In this document: in pieces, positions 1 through 8,967 of the stretch | How positions within the stretch are numbered: position 1 is the first letter of the stretch | Layout of the letters: each line of letters starts with the position of its first letter | IMG/VR virus record: IMGVR_UViG_2695420701_000018 | Length of the DNA stretch: 9,910 nucleotides | Reading direction: 5' to 3' (one strand) | From: a virus | Taxonomy: Duplodnaviria; Heunggongvirae; Uroviricota; Caudoviricetes | Translations under genes and position numbers: made by a program | The notes under the pieces: model-generated | What the model was told of the DNA's origin: nothing | The model's database searches: none | The model's input: only the letters and a program-made list of their open reading frames with translations

Positions 1-576
1 GGCGGTAATCCTCCGGCATTTTCCCTGACACCGGACGGAAAACTGACCGCTAAAAATGCAGATATCAGTGGCAGTGTGAATGCGAACGCCGGGACGCTCA
101 ACAATGTCACAATTAATGAGAACTGTCAGATTAAGGGGAAACTGTCAGCCAACCAGATTGAAGGCGATATAGTCAAAACAGTGGGTAAGGCTTTTCCGCG
201 GGACTCCCGGGCACCGGAGCGGTGGCCATCAGGGACCATTACCGTCAGGATTTATGACGATCAGCCTTTTGACAGGCAAATTGTTATTCCGGCGGTGGCA
301 TTCAGCGGCGCTAAACATGAGCGGGAGAATAACGATATTTATTCGTCATGCCGCCTGATAGTACGGAAAAACGGTGCTGAAATTTATAACCGTACCGCGC
401 TGGATAATACGCTGATTTACAGTGGTGTTATTGATATGCCAGCTGGTCGCGGCCACATGACGCTGGAGTTTTCGGTGTCAGCATGGCTGGTGAATAACTG
501 GTATCCCACAGCAAGTATCAGCGATTTGCTGGTTGTGGTGATGAAGAAAGCCACCGCAGGCATCAGTATCAGCTGA
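1..576 (+). CDS. J: Tail tip / host-specificity protein J, C-terminal fragment (5' end lies outside the window)
   Basis: Frame 1 is open from base 1 to the TGA at 574-576. The translation ([28 protein letters not shown] ... DMPAGRG ... GISIS) matches my recollection of the C-terminal receptor-binding end of lambda gpJ, and it sits directly upstream of lom as in lambda. The ORF-track start at 76 is an internal Met. Confidence 0.85.
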   Translation, partial: GGNPPAFSLTPDGKLTAKNADISGSVNANAGTLNNVTINENCQIKGKLSANQIEGDIVKTVGKAFPRDSRAPERWPSGTITVRIYDDQPFDRQIVIPAVAFSGAKHERENNDIYSSCRLIVRKNGAEIYNRTALDNTLIYSGVIDMPAGRGHMTLEFSVSAWLVNNWYPTASISDLLVVVMKKATAGISIS

Positions 577-594
577 ATTTTATAACCCATATAC

Positions 595-620
595 GGGCGC
601 CAGAAATGGCGCCTTTTTTA
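595..620 (+). terminator. Rho-independent terminator after J
   Basis: GGCGCC (596-601), loop AGAAAT, GGCGCC (608-613) forms a GC stem, followed by TTTTTT (614-619). Confidence 0.55.
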
Positions 621-643
621 TTGCAGAAAAGCGAGAGGTAATT

Positions 644-1243
644 ATGCGTAAAGTTTGTGCAGCCATTTTGTCCGCAGCCATTTGCCTGGCCGTATCCGGT
701 GCGCCTGCATGGGCGTCTGAACATCAGTCCACACTGAGCGCGGGGTATCTTCATGCCCGTACGAACGCTCCCGGCAGCGATAATCTGAACGGGATTAACG
801 TGAAATACCGTTATGAGTTTACGGACGCGCTGGGGCTGATTACGTCCTTCAGTTATGCCAATGCTGAGGATGAGCAAAAAACGCACTACAGCGATACCCG
901 CTGGCATGAAGATTCCGTGCGTAACCGCTGGTTCAGCGTGATGGCGGGGCCGTCTGTACGCGTGAATGAATGGTTCAGCGCGTATGCGATGGTGGGTGTG
1001 GCTTACAGCCGTGTGTCGACTTTCTCCGGGGATTATCTCCGCGTAACTGACAACAAGGGGAAAACGCACGATGTGCTGACCGGAAGTGATGACGGTCGCC
1101 ACAGCAACACGTCTCTGGCGTGGGGGGCTGGCGTGCAGTTTAACCCGACCGAATCCGTGACCATTGACCTTGCTTATGAAGGTTCCGGTAGTGGTGACTG
1201 GCGAACGGATGCATTTATTGTTGGTATCGGATACCGTATCTGA
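644..1243 (+). CDS. lom: Outer-membrane beta-barrel protein Lom (Ail/Lom/PagC family), lysogenic-conversion type gene
   Basis: 199 aa with an N-terminal signal peptide (MRKVCAAILSAAICLAVSGAPAWA). The C-terminus AYEGSGSGDWRTDAFIVGIGYRI matches the lambda Lom C-terminal beta-strand region as I recall it. GAGG RBS 7 nt upstream. Canonical position between J and stf. Confidence 0.9.
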   Translation: MRKVCAAILSAAICLAVSGAPAWASEHQSTLSAGYLHARTNAPGSDNLNGINVKYRYEFTDALGLITSFSYANAEDEQKTHYSDTRWHEDSVRNRWFSVMAGPSVRVNEWFSAYAMVGVAYSRVSTFSGDYLRVTDNKGKTHDVLTGSDDGRHSNTSLAWGAGVQFNPTESVTIDLAYEGSGSGDWRTDAFIVGIGYRI

Positions 1244-1347
1244 CAACAGACGCCGATTTATCTTCTGTAAATATTGTTATGATACGCAGGTTCATCCACC
1301 TTATGGGGTGAACTGCGTTTGAGGAAACGTAAAGTTACACTGTCCTG

Positions 1348-1380
1348 AAGCCCGTGGCGTCACTGCTGCGGGCTTTTTTT
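1348..1380 (+). terminator. Rho-independent terminator after lom
   Basis: AAGCCCG (1348-1354) pairs with CGGGCTT (1369-1375), followed by a T-run through 1380. Confidence 0.55.
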
Positions 1381-1394
1381 ATTGGTGGAAAAGT

Positions 1395-4151
1395 ATGACA
1401 GTAAAAATTTCTGGCGTGCTTAAAGATGGCACAGGAAAACCAGTACAGAACTGCACCATTGTGCTGAAGGCCAGACGAACCAGCAGCACGATGGTGGTGA
1501 ACACGGTGGCCTCTGAAAATCCGGATGAAGCCGGACGTTACAGCATGGATGTTGAGCATGGTCAGTACAGCGTCACCCTGCTGGTTGAAGGTTTTCCGCC
1601 TTCACATGCCGGGACCATTACCGTCTATGAAGGTTCCAGACCAGGTACGCTGAATGATTTTCTCGGTGCCATGACGGAGGATGATGTCCGACCGGAGGCA
1701 CTGCGCCGCTTTGAGCAGATGGTGGAAGAGGTGTCACGTAACGCCTCCGCGGTTGCACAGAATACGGCAGCCGCGAAAAAATCAGCCAGCGAGGCGGCAA
1801 CTCATGCAACCGATGCTGCAGCCTCAGCACGTGCCGCCAGCACGTCAGCCGGACAGGCCGCGTCGTCGGCTCAGTCAGCGTCTTCCAGCGCAGGAACGGC
1901 ATCGACAAAGGCCCGTGAAGCAGCAAAAAGTGCTGCTGCAGAGTCATCAAAAAGCGCGGCAGCTACCAGCGCCAGTGCCGCGAAAACGTCAGAAACGAAT
2001 GCCGCAGCATCACAAAAATCGGCAGCCACTTCTGCATCCACAGCGACCACGAAGGCGTCAGAAGCTGCCACCTCGGCACGGGGTGCGGCGGCCTCAAAAG
2101 AGGCAGCGAAATCTTCAGAAACGAATGCATCATCAAGTGCCAGTAGTGCAGCTTCCTCGGCAACGGCGGCAGGAAATTCCGCGAAGGCGGCAAAAACGTC
2201 CGAGACGAACGCTAAGTCTTCTGAAACAGCAGCGGGACAGAGCGCCTCAGCTGCGGCAGGTTCAAAAACAGCGGCTGCATTATCTGCCAGTGCCGCGTCA
2301 ACAAGTGCCGGGCAGGCCTCAGCCAGTGCCACCGCCGCCGGAAAATCGGCAGAAAGCGCCGCATCATCCGCTTCAACAGCCACAACGAAGGCTGGCAAAG
2401 CCACTGAGCAAGCCACTGCAGCAGCGAGGTCTGCTTCTGCAGCAAAAACCTCTGAAACAAATGCAAAGACTTCAGCAGACAATGCTGCTTCCTCTAAGGC
2501 AGCAGCCGCATCGTCAGCCAGTTCAGCGGCGTCATCGGCATCATCTGCGTCTGCTTCAAAAGATGAGGCGACCAGACAAGCGTCAGCAGCGAAAGGTAGT
2601 GCCACGACAGCAACAACGAAAGCATCAGAGGCGGCAGGCAGTGCGACGGCTGCATCTCAGAGCAAAGTTGCTGCTGAATCCGCGGCAACGCGCGCCGAGA
2701 CAGCAGCAAAACGGGCAGAGGATATTGCATCCGCCGTGGCGCTTGAGGATGCGAGCACGACGAAAAAGGGGATAGTACAGCTCAGCAGTGCGACCAACAG
2801 CACTTCCGAGTCACTGGCGGCAACGCCAAAAGCGGTTAAGGCGGTAATGGGTGAAACGAACAAGAAAGCGCCCTTAAATAGTCCTGCACTGACCGGAACG
2901 CCAACAACACCAACTGCGCGACAGGGAACGAATAATACCCAAATCGCAAGCACGGCTTTCGTTATGGCTGCGATTGCCGCCCTTGTAGATTCGTCACCTG
3001 ATGCACTGAACACGCTGAACGAGCTGGCTGCGGCGCTGGGCAACGACCCGAATTTTGCGACCACCATGACTAACGCGCTTGCGGGTAAGCAACCGAAAGA
3101 TGCCACCCTGACGGCGCTGGCCGGACTTACTACTGCGGCAGGCAAGTTTCCGTATTTTACGGGGAATGATGTCGCCAGCCTGGCAACCCTGACAAAAGTC
3201 GGGCGGGATATTCTTGCGAAATCGACCGTTGCTGCCGTTATCGAATACCTCGGTTTACAGGAAACGGTAAACAAGGCTGGTAACGCCGTTCAGCGTTCCG
3301 GCGATAAAATGACCGGAGAACTGAAAATTGGCACGGTGAATGCGCTGCGAATTTTCAATGATACCTTCGGTCTAATTTTCCGTCGTTCAGAAGATTTTCT
3401 TCATTTCATTCCGACGGCTGAAGGACAAGGCGAAAACGGTAATATCGGCCCATTAAGGCCATTCGCTATAAATCTGAGAACAGGTGCTATATCTGTCAGC
3501 CACGGGGCCAAAATTAAAGGAGGTCTAGCTATTGGAGCTACTGATAACGCACTGGGTGAAAACTCCATTGTTCTGGGAGATAACGACACCGGATTTAGGC
3601 AAGATGGAGATGGTATTATTAGCTTCTATTCAAATGGTTCGCGCATCGGACATATTGATGAGTTAGGATTACATCTTTATAAAGATATTGAATCTAATGG
3701 CAGCAATTTTAGATTAAAAAGTAATTACCGCCACCACATTACATTCGCCAACGAAGACGGAAGAATTCGTATGTTTTTGTGGAAAGATAACGGTGGTGAT
3801 GGTGTTCATATTAATAACGGTTCAGATGGTGGTGGTGATTTCATTTTTAAAACAGATGGGGGATTTGCGCTGGGAAGTGGTGCGCAAGTTGCGTCTAGTG
3901 GCGATATTTATGGTTCAGTGTGGGAAAACAACTGGTTAAGCACATGGCTGCATAATCATGTCGTTCGGGATATTCGTCTTGGCAGCATTGAATATAAAAA
4001 CGTATGGCGCGACTACGGCTTTGGCGATGCGTCAGGTTATGTTTTAACAGCCGCAATTAACAGCAATGCGGATGATATTGTCGACACTGTTGCCAGAAGG
4101 CCAATTCAGAAATTGATTGGGGGAATATGGTACAACGTGGGGAGTGTTTAA
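1395..4151 (+). CDS. stf: Side tail fibre protein Stf, mosaic: lambda-like N-terminal two thirds, divergent C-terminal receptor-binding domain
   Basis: 918 aa. N-terminus [28 protein letters not shown] ... [14 protein letters not shown] matches lambda Stf as recalled. Long Ala/Ser/Thr-rich repeat region. Conserved region through GRDILAK...EYLG, then a different C-terminal domain containing the GDKMTGEL motif typical of distal tail-fibre domains. The domain after about base 3250 is visibly more AT-rich. Confidence 0.9.
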   Translation: MTVKISGVLKDGTGKPVQNCTIVLKARRTSSTMVVNTVASENPDEAGRYSMDVEHGQYSVTLLVEGFPPSHAGTITVYEGSRPGTLNDFLGAMTEDDVRPEALRRFEQMVEEVSRNASAVAQNTAAAKKSASEAATHATDAAASARAASTSAGQAASSAQSASSSAGTASTKAREAAKSAAAESSKSAAATSASAAKTSETNAAASQKSAATSASTATTKASEAATSARGAAASKEAAKSSETNASSSASSAASSATAAGNSAKAAKTSETNAKSSETAAGQSASAAAGSKTAAALSASAASTSAGQASASATAAGKSAESAASSASTATTKAGKATEQATAAARSASAAKTSETNAKTSADNAASSKAAAASSASSAASSASSASASKDEATRQASAAKGSATTATTKASEAAGSATAASQSKVAAESAATRAETAAKRAEDIASAVALEDASTTKKGIVQLSSATNSTSESLAATPKAVKAVMGETNKKAPLNSPALTGTPTTPTARQGTNNTQIASTAFVMAAIAALVDSSPDALNTLNELAAALGNDPNFATTMTNALAGKQPKDATLTALAGLTTAAGKFPYFTGNDVASLATLTKVGRDILAKSTVAAVIEYLGLQETVNKAGNAVQRSGDKMTGELKIGTVNALRIFNDTFGLIFRRSEDFLHFIPTAEGQGENGNIGPLRPFAINLRTGAISVSHGAKIKGGLAIGATDNALGENSIVLGDNDTGFRQDGDGIISFYSNGSRIGHIDELGLHLYKDIESNGSNFRLKSNYRHHITFANEDGRIRMFLWKDNGGDGVHINNGSDGGGDFIFKTDGGFALGSGAQVASSGDIYGSVWENNWLSTWLHNHVVRDIRLGSIEYKNVWRDYGFGDASGYVLTAAINSNADDIVDTVARRPIQKLIGGIWYNVGSV
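1750..2770 (+). repeat. Low-complexity Ala/Ser/Thr-rich repeat tract inside stf (recurring AKTSETNA units)
   Basis: The unit A-K-[TS]-S-E-T-N-A recurs at least four times (nucleotide near-repeats beginning about 1979, 2107, 2191 and 2443). The GCN-rich composition generates the long spurious ORFs on other frames and the opposite strand. Confidence 0.7.
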
Positions 4152-4152
4152 G

Positions 4153-4680
4153 ATGATGCACCTGAAAAATATTAAGGCCGGGAATCCGAAAACACCGGAA
4201 CAATACCAGCTAACTAAAAAAGCGGGCGTGGTATGGCTCTTTTGCGAAGATGGCAAAAACTGGTATGAGGAACAAAAGAATTTTCAGCCAGACACCATAA
4301 AAATTGCTTACGATGAGAACAACATCATCGTTGCTGTCAGTAAAGACGTTTCAACTATTAATCCTGAAGGGCTAAGCATAGTTGAAGTTCCTGATATTAC
4401 GGCAAATCGTCACGCAGACAATAACGGAAAATGGATGTTTCTGGATGGTAAAGTAGTAAAGAGGGAATATACAGAACAGGAACTGCAACAACAGGCCGAA
4501 TCACAAAAGGCCGCATTGCTTTCCGAAGCTGAATCAGTCATCCAGCCGCTGGAACGCGCTGTCAGGCTGAATATGGCAACAGACGAGGAACGCACACGAC
4601 TGGAAGCATGGGAACGCTACAGTGTTCTGGTCAGCCGTGTGGACACTGCAAAACCTGAATGGCCACAAAAGCCCGGGTGA
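4153..4680 (+). CDS. tfa: Tail fibre assembly chaperone Tfa
   Basis: The C-terminus [31 protein letters not shown] resembles the conserved Tfa C-terminal motif (lambda Tfa ...LLEAWKKYRVLLNRVDTS...EWP). ATG at 4153 lies 1 nt after the stf stop (TAA 4149-4151) with GGGGAG 10-15 nt upstream. The ORF-track start at 4117 overlaps stf and is less likely. Confidence 0.8.
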   Translation: MMHLKNIKAGNPKTPEQYQLTKKAGVVWLFCEDGKNWYEEQKNFQPDTIKIAYDENNIIVAVSKDVSTINPEGLSIVEVPDITANRHADNNGKWMFLDGKVVKREYTEQELQQQAESQKAALLSEAESVIQPLERAVRLNMATDEERTRLEAWERYSVLVSRVDTAKPEWPQKPG

Positions 4681-4685
4681 AAACC

Positions 4686-4708
4686 AAGGCCCGAACGCCA
4701 GGCCTTTT
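4686..4708 (+). terminator. Weak putative terminator after tfa
   Basis: AAGGCC (4686-4691), 9-nt loop, GGCCTT (4701-4706) then TT. Short stem and short T-run, so tentative. Confidence 0.3.
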
Positions 4709-4816
4709 GCGAATACACCGGCATGCCAGAGTGGAAACAAATTGCGACGCACCAGTCCGTGCACATTTCTGACCGGGCAGCTATTCCAGAAAACAGCAGA
4801 CAAGAGAGGTACAGAT

Positions 4817-5560
4817 ATGTGGTTTCCGGCAAAACTGATGCTTCCGACAGGTAATATCACCCCCATAACATGTTCAGCTATGGCTGTACATCCGTGGGAT
4901 GTTGAAGCGGGGCACATTACGCCAGACGGTGCGTATTTAAGCCCTGTCAACGCAATAAACCACCTTAACAACAAACTCCCGGGCCTGACCGAAAACAGCG
5001 ATATCGCCATCATAATGGTAACAGGCAGCAATAATAACGATTTTATTCGTCAACTGTCAGCACTGGCAGACACACTCCCTTTACCCACTCTGACGCAGAC
5101 GCTAAGACGCGCAAGAACACAGCTCACCCAGGCAATCACCAGAATGCAAATCCCGGCGACACCACAGAACGGACTGCCCGCGCCACAACCACTTATTGCC
5201 AGCACACTACAGAACAGCATCAGTAACCACACCGCGCTTAACGCTATGAAGGCCGAAGGGCTGAACTCTGTCGACTCACTGAAAAACGCGTTATCCGGTT
5301 TTCAGGCACAACGTCAACGGTTGCAGCAACAGATAATCGCTGAACTGGCAGGAGCAGGCGATAAAGTGGCAAAAGCATTTGCGTTCGTGCATACCGGCGA
5401 CGCCGTTTTAGCCCGCCGGGAAATGATGAAAAATATTCCGCACCCCACAGCTTCACTGACGTATGCACACCTGTTCGCAGGCGATCTTTCCGGGATGCTG
5501 AACTGGATAACGAAGGCAGAAAATGAGCCAGAACACGACAACGCCACTGCTGGCCCTTAA
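4817..5560 (+). CDS. Hypothetical protein, first gene of a three-gene accessory module
   Basis: ATG at 4817 with AGAGAGG 7-13 nt upstream; 247 aa to the stop at 5558-5560. The longer ORF-track version begins with GTG at 4622 inside tfa and is less likely. No motif I recognise. Q/L/A-rich central segment (RQRLQQQIIAELAGAG) may be helical. Confidence 0.55.
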   Translation: MWFPAKLMLPTGNITPITCSAMAVHPWDVEAGHITPDGAYLSPVNAINHLNNKLPGLTENSDIAIIMVTGSNNNDFIRQLSALADTLPLPTLTQTLRRARTQLTQAITRMQIPATPQNGLPAPQPLIASTLQNSISNHTALNAMKAEGLNSVDSLKNALSGFQAQRQRLQQQIIAELAGAGDKVAKAFAFVHTGDAVLARREMMKNIPHPTASLTYAHLFAGDLSGMLNWITKAENEPEHDNATAGP

Positions 5561-6089
5561 TGGTCAGATAATCCCGCTAAAACGCTTAAGTGTCAGCGTG
5601 AAGCTGACCATCAAAGACAAAGACGCTTCCGGAAAATCCTCATCAACAGCGACTTCAGAACAGGGTGTAAAAGCCAAGGAGCTGCAGATTTCCGGACTGA
5701 TTCCGTTCACCCAGCCGGAAGCACTCACACGCTTATTTCGTCTGGCTGAAGCCAGAGCCGCTAACGGTGCACAACAGGTTTACCGCATCGCCAACATGGA
5801 TGCTAAAGCGGTCAATATGAAGCAAGGGATTTTTTCCGGTGCCGTGGGCGCAACTCCTGAAACAGGCCTGATGGCATGGAAAGTTGACTTCACTCTGAAA
5901 GAAAAACTCAGCAGTGCCGAAAAGGCGACAGGACGCGGCCCGGCTGGCAATCAGAGTGCTGAACAGCACGCACAGGCCGTCAAATCAGGTGGCAAAGGCG
6001 AAAAAAACGAAGAGCATGGCTGGTTCTGGAAAATGTCAGACAAACTCAATAACTGGATAGGCCCGGCAGGCAATGAAACCAATTCGTGA
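5523..6089 (+). CDS. Hypothetical protein, second gene of the module
   Basis: 188 aa. The start overlaps the upstream gene by 38 nt and the stop overlaps the next start by 17 nt, suggesting translational coupling. Lys/Gly-rich charged C-terminal tail. No recognised domain. Confidence 0.6.
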   Translation: MSQNTTTPLLALNGQIIPLKRLSVSVKLTIKDKDASGKSSSTATSEQGVKAKELQISGLIPFTQPEALTRLFRLAEARAANGAQQVYRIANMDAKAVNMKQGIFSGAVGATPETGLMAWKVDFTLKEKLSSAEKATGRGPAGNQSAEQHAQAVKSGGKGEKNEEHGWFWKMSDKLNNWIGPAGNETNS

Positions 6090-7761
6090 TCTCTGCATTA
6101 ACGGCAGGCGTTATCCTGTCGTGGAAGAAAACATCATGTTGCGTCTCAACGGCGCGGGAACCGGCTTTATCACCATTAACGCCGCCGACAATACTCCCCC
6201 GCTACGCGGCAAACCCGTAGAGCTGTCCATCGGTTACAACGATCAGCCTGTAAAGTGGTTTTCGGGATATGTGGAAAGTGACAGTTGTACAGGCAGAGGG
6301 CTGCACAAGCTGATGGTGCGCGAAGCTGCTGCTATTCTGCAATACCCGCTCAACATCTCCATGCAGCATCCGACGCTGAAACAGGTCGCAGGACACATTG
6401 AAGGCAATACAGGTTTACGCATACAACTCCCGAAGGCAGGCTACACCACCACTCCGGTCCCTCATCTGACCCACAATGGCAACGGTTATCAGCTGATGGC
6501 CATGCTTGGCCGCATATTCAGTATCCCGGATTACGTCTGGTATCCGTCGGTTGACGGCATCATCTACGCCGGAAGCTTTGCTGACTGCCGTTTTGCAAAA
6601 CGCCCTGCCAGATTGCCGGTCGATATCACCAGAGGTGATCACGGAGCAAATGGCTGGACAATACAGACGATTCCCATGATGCGCCCCGGCGTGGTCATGA
6701 ACGATCACCGTATAAATCAGGTACAGCTACAGGGTGACAGCATGATCATTAGCTGGAGTGATGGCCGTCAGTCGCCCGTACAACGCCAGATCGAAACCCT
6801 TTACCCCGAGATAGGCAACAAAACCCACCTTCCACGCATGGGACGCGTGATCTCACCAACTGAAAACACAACCCAGGGGGATTTGCATGATGAATTTCGC
6901 CCACGCTACGCCGTCAATGTGCAGTTGCTCGACGAGAACGGCACCCCCGACAAGGACACACCGGTATATAACGCCGTCCCCGTTCCTGTGCCAATGGCCG
7001 GCAATGAATCCGGGATATTCCAGTACCCGCCCGCAGGAACCATAGTTACACTGGCCCACGTTGACGGCAGGCCGGATAAACCCATCATCACCGGCACTCA
7101 CGCCAGCGGCCAGAGTCTGCCGGGAATAAAGCCCGGCGAACAACTACAACAGCAACGCGCAGAGGTATTCCAGCGTGTGCATACAGATGGCACATGGCAG
7201 CGTGAAACCGATCAGGTTATTCGTGAGAAATCCACCGACCGCATCATCCAGAACACAACGGAAACGCGCACCAGTACCACTCGTAATATTACCGTAAAGG
7301 CCAACAACACCATAACGGTGCTCGGCACTCATAAGCTGATGAGCGGCCACATACAGCACATCGCAGACGGTGACTATGCCGTAGCCGCCACGAAGAAACT
7401 GATACAGCACGCCGACAACGCTGAACTCGACGTTACTCACCAGTGGCAAACCAGCACAGAAAGCGCCACCCACAATGTGGCGAAAACGCTGGAAGAAAAG
7501 ATTGGCCGGATTAAAAAATCCGTCGCTGGCCAGATGCAACAGATCATCGCCCCGCAGGTCTGGTTTGGCAGCAATACCATCAACACACTTAACCTCATGC
7601 TGGATCTTTGCGACACCGTTCAGCAACTGGCGCAGCTCACCGCACAACACACTCATACCAACAACGGGTCGTCACAGCCCACCAACAGCGGCAGCATAGA
7701 CACGGTGGCATCAATGGCAGGCAACCTGAAAGCGAAGTACAGTACCGTGATTAAGCAGTAA
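6073..7761 (+). CDS. Hypothetical protein with spike-like (gpV / gp5 / VgrG-type) OB-fold signature and C-terminal HTH tip motif
   Basis: 562 aa. Residues about 305-346 (GNESGIFQYPPAGTIVTLAHVDGRPDKPIITGTHASG) follow the pattern I recall from the phage baseplate spike OB-fold (P2 gpV PSVGEQVLILAVGGELDTAFVLPGIYSG; VgrG PEVGDEVLVAFEHGDPRRPYVLG). A T/N/I-rich segment follows (NITVKANNTITVLGTHKLMSGHIQHI) and QHTHT lies near the C-terminus (P2 gpV has HTHKH near its tip). Pattern recognition from memory, not a computed alignment. Confidence 0.7.
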   Translation: MKPIRDLCINGRRYPVVEENIMLRLNGAGTGFITINAADNTPPLRGKPVELSIGYNDQPVKWFSGYVESDSCTGRGLHKLMVREAAAILQYPLNISMQHPTLKQVAGHIEGNTGLRIQLPKAGYTTTPVPHLTHNGNGYQLMAMLGRIFSIPDYVWYPSVDGIIYAGSFADCRFAKRPARLPVDITRGDHGANGWTIQTIPMMRPGVVMNDHRINQVQLQGDSMIISWSDGRQSPVQRQIETLYPEIGNKTHLPRMGRVISPTENTTQGDLHDEFRPRYAVNVQLLDENGTPDKDTPVYNAVPVPVPMAGNESGIFQYPPAGTIVTLAHVDGRPDKPIITGTHASGQSLPGIKPGEQLQQQRAEVFQRVHTDGTWQRETDQVIREKSTDRIIQNTTETRTSTTRNITVKANNTITVLGTHKLMSGHIQHIADGDYAVAATKKLIQHADNAELDVTHQWQTSTESATHNVAKTLEEKIGRIKKSVAGQMQQIIAPQVWFGSNTINTLNLMLDLCDTVQQLAQLTAQHTHTNNGSSQPTNSGSIDTVASMAGNLKAKYSTVIKQ

Positions 7762-7893
7762 GTTTACAGATGAGAAGAGGTGCACAGGCAGCCCGGCTTA
7801 CCATTCAAGAATCATGCCACAAAATACAGACAAATAAGCATTTCGTGAAATTATTCATATATCAATAAATTTCATTCATCGAACCAGACGAAA

Positions 7894-7909
7894 GCCCGTC
7901 GCGACGGGC
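7894..7909. other. Perfect 16-bp palindrome GCCCGTCGCGACGGGC in the non-coding region
   Basis: Verified by reverse-complementing. It lies 133 bp downstream of the 6073-7761 stop, with an AT-rich tract containing a TGAAATT/AATTTCA inverted repeat (7846-7874) just upstream. Possible protein-binding site, hairpin or recombination site. Confidence 0.3.
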
Positions 7910-8403
7910 ATTCCCCCAGAAAAACACCCCCCCACCAGACGCGCTGTATCGCATTCTGCAACATGCTTTAAGCAAATAAACGCGCGAGTCACCCTGAATT
8001 CAGCTCGTAACGCCTGAAAGCGTACACGCACGCTACGTGGATATTTCACGGCATGATGAGCCCAACACACGGCACGGGCGCAAGCCCCCCGCGCTTGCAC
8101 TCTTTACGATAAAAATTTTTTGCCAAATAAATTTGCGCAAAACGACACTCCAGATCGCGCCAGCACTGGCGCTTTACAAAAAAGCCATCTGGCACAAAGT
8201 GTCAAAGATTGCCAGGCTTTGCCAGATTAACGTTAAAAAAGGATCTGACAGAAAAATTAACCATATGAAAAACAAAACTATTTTTTGCTTTCGTCATTTT
8301 AAAGGATCTGAATGCCGCCAAAGTGCCACGCACAGGAACCACTTAACGCAATGAAATAAAAGGTAAAAACAAAACATTGGACAAGGATCGTTTTGGCGCA
8401 GCG

Positions 8404-8424
8404 TTACACAGTTTCACTGTGTAA
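8404..8424. promoter_or_regulatory. Inverted repeat TTACACAG-5 nt-CTGTGTAA upstream of the hok-like gene
   Basis: Perfect 8-bp arms separated by TTTCA, about 280 bp upstream of the hok start. Candidate operator or RNA structural element in the toxin leader. Confidence 0.25.
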
Positions 8425-8706
8425 CTATTTTCAGGCGCAAGCAAAAACCGCTCACGAAGGCAGCGACAAAAGCGGCAAAATTTTAACTTTCGCGGAGAAC
8501 CGAACGGGTGACGTGAAACTTTACGTAGCAGAGAAGCGGGAAATCAGTAGAATAATCGCGGGTGCCTTTCGGCTGATGGTCGGAGGGAATACCCGAAGGC
8601 CGGATGTGGAAAGGCCCCGGAAAACATTTCTGTTTAACCGAGGCCCTAACATATCTACCTTAAGCAAGTGATAGGTTAGCGCCTCTCCAACAAAGGAGCA
8701 AGCGCT

Positions 8707-8847
8707 ATGTCGCAAAAATCGCTTACGGCCATCACGTTCTGCGTGACGGCAATCCTCATCATCTGGATGCTGCACGGTTCGCTGTGTGAAATACGGATGA
8801 GCTTCTGGGGAGCGGAGTTTGCGGCGTTCTTACAGTGTAAACAGTAA
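8707..8847 (+). CDS. hok: Hok/Gef-family type I toxin (small membrane peptide), 46 aa
   Basis: Absent from the ORF track, presumably below its length cut-off. Translation MSQKSLTAITFCVTAILIIWMLHGSLCEIRMSFWGAEFAAFLQCKQ has one hydrophobic TM segment followed by SLCEIR ... E-x-AAF, as in Hok from plasmid R1 (...[26 protein letters not shown]) and HokA (...ELAAFLACKLKE). AGGAG RBS 8 nt upstream. A stable hairpin (8857-8878) and a terminator lie downstream. Confidence 0.7.
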   Translation: MSQKSLTAITFCVTAILIIWMLHGSLCEIRMSFWGAEFAAFLQCKQ

Positions 8848-8934
8848 GGAAACCGCGACGGGGGAGCAATCCCCCGTCAATCGGTTGCTAAGGTTGGCTG
8901 AAGTGGCACCCTATCTCACAGACGTGAACAACAA

Positions 8935-8967
8935 ACCCGCAGCGTAAGAACTGCGGGTTTTCTTTTT
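8935..8967 (+). terminator. Rho-independent terminator downstream of the hok-like gene (possibly bidirectional)
   Basis: ACCCGCAG (8935-8942), loop CGTAAGAA, CTGCGGGT (8951-8958), then TTTCTTTTT. On the minus strand the stem is followed by a weaker U-rich tract, so it may also terminate the 9036-9317 gene. Confidence 0.7.

Noticed and set aside
569-1246. 225-aa minus-strand ORF covering the lom region
   Set aside because: Antisense to a confidently identified lom gene. The translation is Arg/His/Pro-rich with no protein-like features, typical of an antisense artefact.
1681-2775. 364-aa plus-strand alternative-frame ORF (Arg/Pro/Gln-rich) and the minus-strand ORFs at 1871-2605 and 2657-3274 inside stf
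   Set aside because: They arise from the GCN-rich Ala/Ser repeat tract of stf read in other frames. The low-complexity composition and complete overlap with a well-supported gene make them non-coding.
4534-5031. 165-aa minus-strand ORF, and 4617-4832 minus-strand ORF, overlapping the tfa end and the start of the first module gene
   Set aside because: Cys/Phe/Trp-rich translation with no RBS context. They overlap better-supported plus-strand genes.
7144-7656. 170-aa minus-strand ORF and other small ORFs (6202-6396, 6415-6708, 6853-7143, 7475-7699) inside the 562-aa gene
   Set aside because: All are contained in or antisense to the long plus-strand ORF, which has coherent protein-like sequence and motif content.
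7762-8000. Direct repeat of the tRNA-Leu 3' end that would mark an attachment-site junction
   Set aside because: I looked by eye for GGACTTGAACCC or CGGGTACCA-like segments in the intergenic regions and found none. A computed self-alignment would be needed to exclude a short or degenerate core repeat.
8037-8354. 105-aa plus-strand ORF and 74-aa minus-strand ORF (7876-8100) in the non-coding region
   Set aside because: Non-ATG or weak starts, no RBS, and peptide composition that looks like translated intergenic DNA.
8393-8671. 92-aa ORF upstream of hok, considered as a mok-like leader ORF
   Set aside because: It starts with TTG and stops 36 nt before hok rather than overlapping it as classical mok does. 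The match to the second copy (FLFNRGP) is explained by nucleotide-level duplication. It may still be part of the hok leader transcript, but I do not call it a CDS.
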